Positions 50,003-64,000 of a stretch of DNA of 64,000 bases are shown in pieces. Positions within the stretch are counted from its first letter, which is position 1; the number at the start of each line of letters is the position of its first letter. Source of the DNA: Pseudogymnoascus verrucosus (lineage: Eukaryota); the NCBI GenBank assembly GCA_001662655.1, contig KV460251.1; one strand, 5' to 3'. Position numbers and translations under genes: made by a program. The notes under the pieces were generated by a model. That model did no database searches. It was given only the letters and a program-made list of their open reading frames with translations, and was not told the DNA's origin.

Positions 50003-51647
50003 ATGCCTTCCCCAGCAACTCACTCGGAGGAAGATGCCTCGCGCCACGGCGCAAAGCCGATCTTTGCCTCGGAGCGCACCAGAGAGGCAACCGCCGCCCC
50101 AAAGATACCAAACCAAGCTCCTCGCCTTACCCAGTATTTCCCGTTAGGTTATAAGGAAGCGTTTAACCAATGGGTAAGAAACCCCTCCATCTGAAGTCTG
50201 CGCGATTCTAACATCTGTCCAGTGGGCCACGGTTTCGCCAGCAATCGCTGAGCATAATGTCCTCTCTTTCGTTCCTCACCTCCGCCAGCCTCCCACCCAT
50301 ACGCAGACGGGAACCTATGCTACCTCGAGTGATGAGGCGCCAATGTCATATAACCCCGATCCGACCCGAGCCGCAACTCCGGTGCGGACAACCTCTATGA
50401 ATGACCCATTCGGGCCACGATCCTGGCGATCAATGATGGTCCAGCTGGGTGGCAAGAACCGAGCCCTGAACGAGTTCTCCGTTGAGAGAGAAGGAGAAGA
50501 GGTGGAAGAGAACTTAGTCATGCTTCACGGATACGGAGCTGGCCTGGGTTTCTTTTACAAGAACTTTGAGGGCATAAGCCGCGTTAAGGGCCTGAAACTA
50601 TACGCTCTCGACATGCTAGGAATGGGCCGAAGCACACGCCCCCCCTTTAAAGTGAACGCAAAGGACCAGCAGGGAAAGATTACAGAGGCTGAGAATTGGT
50701 TCATTGATGCGTTGGAAGAGTGGCGTGTCCTGCGCAAAATCGATAAATTCACGCTTCTCGGACACAGCATGGGTGGTTATATGGCCGTTGCATACGCCCT
50801 AAAATATCCAGGCCACCTGAACAAGCTGATCCTGGCTTCCCCCGTTGGTATTCCGGCAGATCCCTATGCAACGAAGGCAGAAATACCTGACCAGGCTACT
50901 ATTGAGAACGAAGTCCTTCAAGACCAAGAAGACGACATTGTCAACAAGCCGTCGAACGGGAACAATGGTGCTCGCAACGGCAAGGCCCAAGGACCTGCTG
51001 AATCAACTTCAGACGATCCACCTCGCCGCCGAATTCCAAAGTGGGCGAGCTACCTTTGGGACGCCAATGTCTCCCCTTTCAGCATTATACGCTGGGCAGG
51101 ACCATTGGGCCCTCGATTCGTGTCAGGATGGACATCCCGCCGCTTCAGCCACCTCCCAGAAACTGAGGCACAGGCCCTTCACGAATACGCCTACTCTCTC
51201 TTTCGACAACGTGGAAGCGGCGAGTACGCTCTCGCCTACATTCTCGCACCCGGAGCGTTCGCCCGTAGTCCTCTGATCGACCGCATACACAACGTGGGCA
51301 GGCAGCCTCTCGGTCTCTCGGGTGCACCGTCGACTTCTGCAGAGCCTGTAAGGCGAGAGACTGGCTACCCGGTTATCATGATGTACGGTGAGAATGACTG
51401 GATGGACGTTGCGGGCGGGCTCGCAGCGGAACAAAAGCTTAAGGAAGCTAAGGCCGCAGCGCTAGCTACGGCGACTCCTCGGGAGAAGCAGGAAGAGCGC
51501 GGGAGTGCGAGGGTGGTAATAATTCAGAAGGCTGGGCATCATTTGTATCTAGACGGGCATGAGGACTTTAACGAGGTGATACGGAGGGAGATGGAGGAGA
51601 CGAAACGGGATCTGAAGAAGCAGAAGGAGCAGAGCGGGGGATTGTAG
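50003..51647 (+). CDS. Alpha/beta hydrolase of the CGI-58/ABHD5 - Cld1/Ecm18/Ict1 family (cardiolipin-deacylase-like)
   Basis: LHGYGAGLGFF, DMLGMGRS, GHSMGGY (GxSxG), YGENDWM, AGHHLYLD (HxxxxD); exon 1 50003-50173, intron 50174-50222. Confidence 0.9.
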
Positions 51648-52758
51648 AAGCACCGGGATTATTATTACGAGGTGCGGAGTAAATATTGTAAGGGGGAGTT
51701 AAGCCTGTGATCGATGTGCGTTGGTCGTTTTGTAGATATTCTATTTTTACAGCTTATAGATGATTAAGACATAGATATGTATGAGTAATGTGCAAATATA
51801 GCTCACGGGGAGCATGTATTATATAATTTAAGCCTTAAATAAATGAGGTTTTTACACACCGTATAATAGCAAATAATGCCTCCTCTTGGAGAACAGTCTG
51901 AGTGTCGGAATTAGATACTCCGAGTGTACAAACACTGATGATCTTTCATGATAAACTGTAACATATCATGTTTTTACACCGAGTACAGGTGATGCAGTTG
52001 GCCGCCAACCAGAGTTCTCCAACCCAATGATGCCTGAGGAAATCAATCCACGCTCAATTATCGGGGGCGGGGGCAGCTTAGCTTTAGGGAGGGTGGCAAG
52101 GTCATTATGGTAGTCCGTGCTCTCCGGCACACGCTTTGTTTGGCACCCGCAGACCCATCCTCCGACGTCCTAACTGACGACATCCACACTCCACGACCAA
52201 GTCTAGCGGTTCAATAATCATCGACCTCGAACTAATTGCTCGAATCCCGCTGTGCTCGCCATTAGCATACTCGACTACAGCGATATCTACGCCCGCTCGA
52301 TCGCTCGAATAGTCGCCACCGTCATCATCATCGCTAAGCCTCCCTCGGGGCGAATACCGCGCATCAGCCTCATCGACACTGGGACCAGCCGTGAAGTGGC
52401 CGCGAAACGACAAACACGACACGTATCCGCACTCTCGAAACCCCATCACTCCATCGCCATCCGAGGTTCGCACTGCGGTGCTCGCGAATATCGCATTGTT
52501 TCCAACCGCGCGGTCGCTATAGCCGCACTCGGACCCCTGCCGTCATCCTCCGTAACGCCCAGCCCCGACCACAACTCGACAAACAGCCACGAAGTGCAGC
52601 GAACCATCAACGACCGGAAGTGCTTCCACCATCCGTGGCAGCGTGCTTCCTTCCCGTCGGCGGTGCAGACACGTTGCACCCAATTGGTAGATCCATCGCT
52701 TTGGATCTAGTACTCTGCGCGGAGCTCTTGCGCACACCGTAGTCCCCGCACGGCCAAG

Positions 52759-54082
52759 ATGGGTGTGTGTGTGAGCACGAATAACGGCGAGGAGGCCGAG
52801 TCGAAGAAAAAGAGCCAGATGATAGATGAGGGGATCGCTGCTGATGCACGACGACTACGACGGGAATGCAAGATCCTGTTGCTGGGTGAGTTTTGATGAC
52901 TTTGGCGATCTGGCAAATAACTGATACGTTGGCAGGTTCTGGAGAGAGCGGGAAGTCAACTATCGTGAAACAGATGAAGATTATCCATCAGAATGGATAT
53001 TCGATGGATGAATTGGCGTTATATCGACTGACGATCTACAAGAATCTTATCGACTGTGCCAAGGCGTTGGTTGGAGCCATGAGGCAATTTGACATATTGC
53101 CAAAGAACCCGGAGAACATCGAATATTGCGACTTTCTCGCTGATTATCAGGTCGATCCAGATCCACATATCCCCTTAGACTCCAAAATTGGAGTGGCCGT
53201 GATGTCGCTATGGAAAGATCCCAATATGGAGATTTTGTTACAGAGGCAAAGCGAATTCTACATGATGGATTCTGCACCATAGTAGGCTTTCTGTACTCGC
53301 AATACTTTGGCTATGCTAACAGATTGTTTCAGTTTCTTCGAAGAGTCATTGAGAATATCAGCACCGGAATATATTCCCACTGAGGCCGATGTCCTCAGAG
53401 CTAGAACAAAGACCACAGGTATATACGAGACGAGATTTTCGATGGGCCAGTTAGGCATACAGTGAGCACACATGATATCAACCCCGCCTTGGACGCACAC
53501 TGACCTTTTCGTAGCATGTTCGATGTCGGCGGGCAGAGGAGTGAAAGGAAGAAGTGGATTCATTGCTTCGAAAATGTCACATCTATCATCTTCTGCGTAG
53601 CATTGAGCGAGTACGATCAAGTATTGCTTGAAGAGAGTAATCAGGTATGTCTAGCACTGCAGCCCTTGCATGTCAAAAGCTAACACTCTCAGAACCGAAT
53701 GATGGAGAGTTTGGTGCTCTTCGATTCGGTCGTCAATTCGCGATGGTTTATGAGGACCAGTATCATTCTATTCCTCAACAAGTTTGATTTGTTCAAGCAA
53801 AAGCTGGGCAGGTCTCCACTAGGGAATTATTTCCCCGACTATTCTGGTGGCAACGACGTGAATAGAGCTGCAAAGTATCTTTTGTGGCGGTTCAATCAAG
53901 TCAACAGAGCTCATCTGAATTTATATCCTCAGTAAGTCCACCAACAGCTTGCAATCTAGCACCAAACTAACAGCATCGACAGTCTCACGCAGGCCACTGA
54001 TACGTCGAATATCCGACTCGTTTTCGCCGCAGTGAAGGAGACGATTCTACAGAATGCCCTGAAAGACTCGGGCATTCTTTGA
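52759..54082 (+). CDS. ganB: Heterotrimeric G-protein alpha subunit, fungal group III (GanB/GNA-3/Gpa2 type)
   Basis: MGVCVS (myristoylation/palmitoylation), [46 protein letters not shown]...LKDSGIL*; five introns. Confidence 0.93.
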
Positions 54083-55303
54083 GGTGGCGATATTATGCAT
54101 GCATCTGAATTTTTCCTTTATTTTTTCACGAACAGGGTAGCAGGAATTGCAGGCGTCTCTCCCCCAGGGGCCTCGCAGACGGAGTTTATGGCGCAGCTGT
54201 CGAATAGCCCACCACCACCATCTTTGGCACGGCTTTATGGGCGCGTCGTAACAATTTTTGGTCACAAAACGGGAGCACATCTTACTTTTTATTTTATTTT
54301 TTTGGATTTCGGGCGATGGGAATGGGATGGAGGCAGAGTTTGGAGAGCAGTCGTCGTTGACACTGACACGTGGCATACCCATTGAAGTATTTTGTTTTGT
54401 TTGGTGGGGATAAATAGGTGGAAGAGGAAGAGGAGGAATGGGAAGGCCTTGTTGAGCGAAAGCTATTAAGACATGAGATGGCTATATGTCTCGCAAACGC
54501 CTGGACGGCAGACCCGGGGCGTGGAGAGCGGCGGGACGATGAGCGCGGGAGTCAGATATAATAACCCAGATAATATTATGCTACGCTTGATGATCAAACC
54601 GAAAGAAAACGCGAGTTGCAGTACAATAGTGAGTTGCAGTACAACAATACTGTAGTGACACTTTTGAAATGCCGGTCGCTTCGATACAAGCTCTCACCAA
54701 AGTCTCACTCCCTGCATGCATCGCTGAGTTGAAGCTGTAGAACCAACCAACCCCAGAACATCAATGTGAGACGGGGCTGCATTGTGCAGGCAGCTAGGCG
54801 GATCCGTTCGCGTACTGGCCCGTGCTGTAGTGAGAGGCGGATGGATCATCGTGTCAGGCATGACGACACCGATAAGAGCTTCGGGGGAGCTGTAAGGGTG
54901 TACATGAGCCCTACTATGCTGTACCAAGGCGCTGTTGGTGGTCAATAGCGATAATAACGATAAATATAAAATCAAGAACTCCAAAGCTGACACCGTGCTT
55001 ATGTGTATTTAATTTACGCGTGTAACATTCCAGCGTTGTCTCTTGTTGTGAGAGAGAAAGGACATCAGCAGCACCTGCAGCCCCGATAAGTGAAGAGCGG
55101 GGGAGCTGTTGCCAAACGTGCTGACAGCTGCATACATCAGCCCCGCACGACTGCCCCCTCCAGCCAGCCCGCTTTCCCACTTCCAAGACGGACAACAATC
55201 GTATATATTAAGACCCAACCGTCTTCGATCGAGAGAGCTCCTTTGCTCTCTTCTATTCTCTTCTTTTCATCATCTTATCAATTCCATTTATCAACCATTC
55301 ATC

Positions 55304-58297
55304 ATGGCGACGCCTACTCCTCCACCGCCCCGTGAACGCCGCCCAAGCACTGGGGCGCCTATCTCTGACCTCAGGGGACCCGTTGGACCACCAGGCTTCA
55401 CCCGCCCGAAGCATAAGAGGACTCTGACCGGCTTTGGAGCTGGCGAGATTAAGAGCGTCGAAGGTAAGCTATTTCCCTATTTCCCCCCACTGGCTAGTTT
55501 ATCAAACATAAACTCACACCACTTCCCCCCATCACAGCTTCCATCCCCGAAAACCAGCGCACTGCCTGGAAGAAGTACAGCACGCAACCCTTCACGACTG
55601 CCGAGGACTTCGAAAAGGAAGTCGTGCGCCATGTCGAGACAACGCTCGCGCGTAGCATGTTCAACTGCGACGAGACCGCCGCATACGCCGCTGCCAGTCT
55701 GGCATTCCGAAACCGCCTAATCACAGAGTGGAATCGTACGCAGCAGAGACAAACTTTTGCGGATGGGAAGAGGGTATACTATCTCTCTCTCGAGTTCCTG
55801 ATGGGGAGGGCGCTTGATAATGCTATGTTGAACGTTGGGCTGAAGAATGTGGCTAAGGGTGAGTCTCCTGATAATGTTGTGAGAGTTGGGAGTGCTGATA
55901 AGCGGTTTTAGAGGGGCTGGCGGATCTGGGCTTCCGAATTGAGGATATTATAGAGCAGGAACATGATGCTGCACTTGGTAATGGCGGTCTTGGTCGTCTT
56001 GCAGCTTGCTTTTTGGATAGTTTGGCATCGCTCAATTACCCCGCTTGGGGATATGGGCTGAGGTATCGTTATGGTATTTTTAAGCAGGAGATTGTGGATG
56101 GATACCAGGTTGAGGTTCCCGATTACTGGTTGGACTTCAACCCTTGGGAGTTCCCTAGACACGATGTTGTCGTCGATGTGAGAAATCCCCAGGCAGAAAC
56201 TTGAAGTGGAACTATGGGGCTGATTTATTATTCACAGATCCAATTTTATGGCGAGGTCAGGAAGTACCATGACGAGAATGGCAAGAGTCGCGCTGTATGG
56301 GAAGATGGGGAACTTGTGAAGGCTACTGCATACGATGTTCCCATTCCAGGTTTCGATACTGCGGTTGTGAACAACCTGCGTCTCTGGTCGAGCAAAGCAG
56401 CCAGCGGGGAATTCGACTTCCAGAAGTTCAACAGCGGTGACTACGAGAGGTAAGTCGATCGAAGCCATGTGATTTATGCCTAGACTAACATTACTGTTTT
56501 CTAGCGCCGTCGCTGATGAGCAGCGTGCTGAGACGATTTCTGCGGTTTTATACCCCAATGATAACCTCGAGCGTGGAAAGGAGCTCCGCTTGAAGCAGCA
56601 GTACTTCTGGGTTGCTGCTTCATTGTATGATATCGTGCGACGATTCAAGAAGAGCAAGCGTGCCTGGAAGGAATTCCCTGACCAGGTCGCTATCCAGCTG
56701 AACGACACGCACCCAACTCTTGCCATTGTTGAGCTCCAACGCATCTTGATTGATCTCGAAGGCCTCGAGTGGGAGGATGCCTGGAACATCGTTACCAAGA
56801 CCTTTGGCTACACCAACCACACTGTTCTCCCCGAGGCGCTGGAGAAGTGGTCCGTTCCATTGTTCCAGAACCTCCTTCCGAGACACTTGCAAATCATCTA
56901 TGATATCAACCTCTTCTTTCTCCAGGCTGTGGAGCGCAAGTTCCCAAAGGAGCGCGAGTTGCTTGCTCGCGTCTCGATCATCGAGGAATCTTCCCCTAAG
57001 ATGGTCCGCATGGCTTATTTGGCTATTGTCGGTTCTCACAAGGTCAACGGAGTCGCTGAGCTCCATTCTGATCTCATCAAGACTACGATCTTCAAGGACT
57101 TTGTCAAGATTTTCGGAGCTGATCGCTTCACGAATGTCACCAACGGCATCACCCCGCGCAGATGGCTGCACCAGGCCAACCCCCGCCTCTCAGACCTTAT
57201 CGCTTCTAAGACCGGCGGCCTTGGATTCCTCAAGGATCTCACTTTGCTCAACAAGCTTGAGGAATTCGCGGATGACAAGGAATTCAAGAAAGAATGGGCT
57301 GAGATCAAGCTTGCCAACAAGGTTAGACTCGCCAGACACATCAAGGACACCACCGGCGTCGTAGTCAACCCCCACGCTCTCTTTGATATCCAGGTTAAGC
57401 GCATACACGAGTACAAGCGCCAGCAGATGAACATTTTTGGAGTCATTCATCGATACATCACCATCAAATCCCTCTCCCCCGAGGAGCGCAAGAAGTTCGC
57501 ACCAAGAGTGTCTATCTTCGGCGGCAAAGCAGCTCCTGGATACTGGATGGCTAAGTCTATCATTCATCTGATCAACAGCGTTGGAGCCGTTGTCAATAAT
57601 GATAAGGATGTGGGTGACCTGCTTAAGGTTATTTTCATCGAGGATTACAACGTCAGCAAGGCTGAGGTCATCATCCCCGCCAGCGACGTGAGCGAGCACA
57701 TTTCCACAGCTGGTACGGAGGCTTCAGGGACTAGTAACATGAAGTTCGTCCTCAACGGTGGTCTTATCATCGGGACCTGCGATGGCGCTAACGTGAGTCC
57801 CCCTTTCCCCTTTCCCCTTCCCCTATTCCAAACCCCTTACCCCTTACCAACCTATCCATCGACCCCAAGCTAACCCCCCCTAGATCGAAATAACCCGCGA
57901 AATCGGCGAGCAAAACATCTTCCTCTTCGGCAACCTCGCCGAAGACGTCGAAGACCTACGCCACACCCACACCTACAGCACCACCACCCTCGACCCCTCC
58001 CTCTCCGCCGTCTTCTCCTTCATCCGCACCAACGCCTTTGGCCCCGCTGACGACTTCGCCGCCCTGATCGCGGCGGTGGAGGAGCACGGTGATTACTATT
58101 TGGTGTCGGACGACTTTAATAGCTATGTCCAAACGCAGGAGCTGGTGGATCAGGCGTACAAGGATCAGGAGGAGTGGGTGGGGAAGTGTATTTTGGCGGT
58201 GGCGAGGATGGGTTTCTTTACGAGTGATAGGTGTATTAGTGAGTATGCGGAGAGTATTTGGAATGTGGAGCCCATGGAGCCGTTGGCGCATGAGTGA
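55304..58297 (+). CDS. GPH1: Glycogen phosphorylase
   Basis: HKRTLTGF phosphorylation motif, [50 protein letters not shown] (PLP lysine); introns ~55464-55537, 55859-55911, 56178-56238, 56450-56503 and 57793-57882. Confidence 0.98.
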
Positions 58298-59629
58298 GGG
58301 GGGTGAAGTGTATAGGAGGTTTGGGGGGATGGATGGGGAGATGGGGAGAGGGGGATGGGTGAGTGTATGGGAGGTCTTGAGGGGATCCAAAGCATAGGCA
58401 GGGACGCATTGGGTATACAGTATTTTTTCTTTTAGAGGGGCATGGACTGTAGTAGCGGCGGCTAGTAGGTAGGGAAGTTAGGCGCGAGAAACGAAGTATA
58501 TGATTATCCTTGCCCCTAGCCACCACCCACAGCAGCCACCCACCCTCTCATATCTTGCACTGCCTTGTCTTGTATGTATGATCTCCAAAGATCGGGCTCC
58601 TTCCCCACCCCCACGATAGCTCAAACACGTGAAAGTATCATCCCCGTCCCCGTCAGACCCGGATCCGTCATCCGAGTGGAAGCAGCCGTGGTGGATTATA
58701 CAGTGCGAAAGTATATTCCCTGGGGTATGGGAGAAGCATCATGACGTACCCCCCAGCTTCTCACCTCCCCTTACCACTGCATCAACTAACCCAATTAACC
58801 AACTAACCCTCCTACCTCCGCTCCCAAACAGGACACCGCGCGCAAAGATGGTTATTTTTATTCCCTCCCCCCCGTCAAGAAACCTAGACCTGTAGCGGCC
58901 ACCGAGGGGGAAGAAGGGAGGCGGGGGTGCTAACGTGGGGACTAGGTGGCATGGTTATGACGTCACTGCGGCTGGTAGGCTCGAGCCGGCTTGGCGTGCA
59001 GGAGCTTGGATTTATTTTTTGGGATTTGGTGACGCGCTTTTTTTTGGGGATGCCGCACATACCGTCTAGATCCCGTGCTGGGTAGTTTAATGGAGGGGAG
59101 GGGATGGGGCTGCGCGCTGGGCAGGGGGCGGAGGGGGTGCAGGTGGATGCGGGTTGGCGGATACGTGGTTGTAAGGGCAGGGAAGGGGGAGGATGGGACG
59201 GAGGGGGGAAACAGGGCAGTGGAGATACGGGAGGTAAGGCTGGTGTTGGAGGGGGGTTTGATATGATACTAGGAGTATGCAGAGGGATGAGTGACTGAGA
59301 TGCGGCCGCGGACATAACGCGCCATACGTGCAGCGCGTAGTATGATATGTGCAGCGTCACAAGAGCAAGCGCATGCCGCTGTCCTCCCCGAGTAGCAAGT
59401 GAGAATGCCGATTGTTTTTCTCCCCGAGACACAAATGGTAGCAGAGATAGGGCGAGACGAGGAAGGGGAGCCAGTGGATGCTAGTACGGGAGTGAGCTCC
59501 GGATGCCCCATGGTGTTGATGTCTGAGGAGGGGACTAGTGAGGTTTCTGGTAAGGTATTCGAGGTTGTTGGGTGTGTGCTTGTAAGCTTGGAGGCCTGGA
59601 TGGGGAGGGGATCATCGTCATCGGTTTGG

Positions 59630-59885
59630 GAGGTGGGGGGGGGGAATGGTATATGTGGCGTATTATAGTATATGTGTGGTGGTGGATATGTGATGGTGTA
59701 TTTTGGATTTGGAAGGTTTGGTATTGTGGTTCACCGCCCATGGGGATTCTGGTAGGGAAGGGATGGGAAGGTGGGAAGGGGGGTAGTTAGCCAGGGGAGG
59801 GGTGGGAAGGTGGGATGGATGGTGGGATGATGGGGGGATTGGGGGATGGAGGGGATGGATGGAGGGGGGATGTTGGAGGAGTGGT
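59630..59885 (+). repeat. G/A-rich low-complexity tract with many G-runs
   Basis: Dense GGG(A/T)GG runs, e.g. GGGATGATGGGGGGATTGGGGGATGGAGGGG. Confidence 0.7.
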
Positions 59886-61186
59886 AGATGGACATACGAC
59901 TGGAAAAAAACATAAGTGTGAGTACCACCCCGCATCGAAGAAATCGACCTTCGTGTCGTCAGAGATATATAACAATTTTTTGGCTTCTTCTTCGGTATCT
60001 GTCTATCAGTTCTATCTTGCCTCTACGCCGATTGAATTTTACTCTCGCTCTTCCTCCGGTTTCAATTGCTTCAAGAGAATAACATCTTGTGTTCTTCACT
60101 CTTTGCAGATCGATCTCACATCGAACGACGAACAGCGACGGTTTCAAAGAGCTAAATCGGGGGCTTGGACTGGTGAACCCTTACAGTACCATTGAACCGC
60201 TGAACCCGTTATATCGTCTCACATTCAATCAGCACCGGCTGAAACAAACCCGCCCTTGACTCGCGCCACTTTGTCACGAGAGAATAGCAGCAAAAAGCAA
60301 GCTACAACATCGAGAAATTGAGCTAGTTAGCACTCACGGAATTCCCTATTGCGGTCGGGGAATAAAAATTAGCTTCTGGCTAAACGCTACGAAGAGTCGA
60401 TTTACACTTGAAATACATACGGCACTACTGGACAGACTACGAGAATCGACTACGGAGTACTACCTACCCTATTCTCCGCCATACCGATACCGAGCCAATA
60501 CCGATCCATACCGAAGTAGGCGGCAAACGCGAGCAGTACCGGACGCACGCCCGCCCGCCAGCAACGTGGTTAGTTTGAGCTGTTGTTGGCCACCGCCGCG
60601 CCGCACATAATTTTTTATCGGTGGAAATCGAGAAGAGAGAAACATACTCGACAAGGCAACGAAAAGAGAGCGAGCAAACAAAAAAGTTCTTCTATTTCTA
60701 TTGCATTTTACTCGAATCACCAATTCCACCTCTCTCTCTGTTTCAACCCCTCCAACCCCACTGAACGGAAGATTATAATACACATACAAAAAAGTCTAAA
60801 AAGTCGAGATTCCTTTTCAATTCAAGCCACAAGTCAGTATTTCCCTTTCCTTTCCATTCTTCATTTTACCCTCCTTTTATTTTAGATTGAACCCTTCCCC
60901 CAACCCTCTCACCTCCCTTAATTCTCCCTGACCCTTCCCAAAATCCTCCCGACCTGCCAACTTATCGTCTGGACCCCGCTAAAATGTCTCCAGCACGATT
61001 ACGCGATTGGCGTTCCCTCCTCCCCATCCCTCGCCCGCTACCGAGTCTTTCCCACCTCCCTAGCCTAATCGACAAGTCGCTTTCCCATCAAACAAAACAA
61101 ACCCAACTCCCAAAACCCACCAAACCTAATAATATATACCCCTCTCTCCCTTTACGCCACCGCAGAGCCATAGCAAGTTCGCAGCC

Positions 61187-62742
<1,556 letters not shown>

Positions 62743-63788
62743 GAGCGCTCTATGAACCATGGTGGAGGAGGGGGTTGGTCGCGGTGGCGGAGTAAAGCGA
62801 GTTCAGAGCATGGGGGGGAAGAAGTGGGAGGCGTGGAGGGGGTGGTGATAATCTTTTAGATATTAAAGATCTAAAAGATATATCTACGAAGCGAAGCGGC
62901 GAATGGGCGCTCAGCGGGGTGTGCCGAAGCTGTAGATGTGTGCAGGTGCGGGGGAGCAGTTGGATGTGAGCGGGAGAAAGGGAGTGGGCATAGTACGCGT
63001 TTTTTACTTTTGTATAAGGACGGATTTACGTTTTGGTCCTATAGGCGCACACAGTACACATTCATACGTTTATTTTTATTTATTTTTATAAAGGGATATA
63101 TATAGCAAAGAAGGGACATATCACATCATCATTACCATCATCACCATCACTACCAATATTTTTTTGAGGTGTAAATACAGAAAGGATAGGGATGGGTGTT
63201 TATTTGTACAGCTTGTAGGGAGGGGGGGATGAATCGTACGATACCCCTCCCCAAACACACCCCACATACATCCCCAGCCCCCTTGGTCAAGACACCATCA
63301 CAGCGTATAAAATCCCTAAACTCAACCACAGAAAATAAGTTATTGATTCCCCATTTTTCTATATCTGGAGGTTGGATGCGCACCATCCCACCCCCCTCCC
63401 CTCCCTTGTAGTTAAAAAACCCTGTCCCCCCCCTTCCCCTCCCGCGGTATCATCCGATCTAATTACGCGCAGCAAGCAGCAGCACAACCTAGGCGCATAC
63501 ACCCTCTCTTCTCGTGCCCCAGCCCCAGATGTCAATATTCCTCCCTCTCTCCTCTCCGCAGTCTGGTGCTGGCTGTCCCCAGCCCCGAATACAGTCTCTA
63601 CGCCCCTGCCCCCGTCCCGGGATGGACGCCGTGCTGTCAATGTCATAAGTCGTGTTGTTTGTGTGTAGATAGATAAGTAGAGTAGATCCGGACCACGCCC
63701 CGACGGCGCGGAGGTGATAGATACGGTTGAGTGGATTCGGGTAGTAGGAAAGGGAGGGGGGTTTGTGAAGCTTGTCGGGAGGGGGAGA

Positions 63789-63977
63789 TTAAGCAAGGTA
63801 TCCCAACTCGTCGTCGTCGAGGCGCTCGAGGTACTCCTTCTCGAGGAGGATCTCGATGCACTTCTTGATATCGGGGATGTTGGGGACGAAGCGCGATTTG
63901 ATTTGGTCGATGGTGTCGCTGACGAGGAGTCGGTGCTTCATCTTCTTGCGGGACTTCATGATGCGGACGATTGCGGA
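63789..63977 (-). CDS. CUL1: Cullin-1 (Cdc53/CulA), last exon with neddylation domain; gene continues beyond the window
   Basis: SAIVRIMKSRKKMKH...IKSRFVPNIPDIKKCIEILLEKEYLERLDDDELGYLA*; preceded on the minus strand by CTAAC...TAG. Confidence 0.9.
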   Translation of the reverse strand, partial: SAIVRIMKSRKKMKHRLLVSDTIDQIKSRFVPNIPDIKKCIEILLEKEYLERLDDDELGYLA

Positions 63978-64000
63978 CTAAAAGGGGGGTGGGTTGTTAG

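Noticed and set aside
51936..52037. TGATGA...CCGA...GTGATGC...CTGA spacing like a C/D snoRNA
   Set aside because: Imperfect C box, no terminal stem, and no rRNA complementarity I could recognise; only a snoscan/Infernal hit would revive it.
54613..54644. 14-bp direct repeat GAGTTGCAGTACAA
   Set aside because: Only 4 nt between copies and no element inside; a simple local duplication rather than a target-site duplication.
58780..58815. CTAACCC-like words suggesting telomeric repeat or telomerase RNA template
   Set aside because: No TAACCCTAA template and no tandem TTAGGG array.
58884..59975. Pro-rich or Gly-rich ORFs on both strands between GPH1 and HOG1
   Set aside because: Products of G/C low-complexity sequence; no domain motifs or consistent splice structure.

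Overview
Intron-rich nuclear DNA from a filamentous ascomycete (Pezizomycotina; the style suggests a Leotiomycete such as Pseudogymnoascus, which is an inference). I can support 23 protein-coding loci plus one pseudogene. The conserved backbone runs: EF-2 (5' part), CSF1, HFL1/TMEM184-like, CTF18, a Zn2Cys6 transcription factor, an RNF115/126-like RING E3, FIS1, SPC24, END3, AVL9, SPO7, a CGI-58/Cld1-like lipase, a group III G-alpha, glycogen phosphorylase, HOG1 and the last exon of a cullin-1. Accessory content is interspersed: an O-methyltransferase divergent from a pseudogenised PTH11-like membrane protein with a ~39-bp minisatellite between them; a Zn2Cys6 TF / NADPH-FMN reductase / GST trio with two GC-AG introns and a TTAC(C/A)AA motif clustered before the GST and also present before the TF; and four hypothetical proteins, one ending in a pheromone-like CaaX tail. 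Non-coding highlights are a ~1.1 kb ATG-free region upstream of HOG1 with a putative 5'UTR intron hiding the only upstream ATG, an 8-nt HOG1 microexon, a structured ATG-free G-alpha leader, and recurrent C-rich to G-rich sense-strand switches inside genes. I recognised no rRNA, tRNA, CRISPR or intact transposon. All gene models were spliced by hand and no database search was run.
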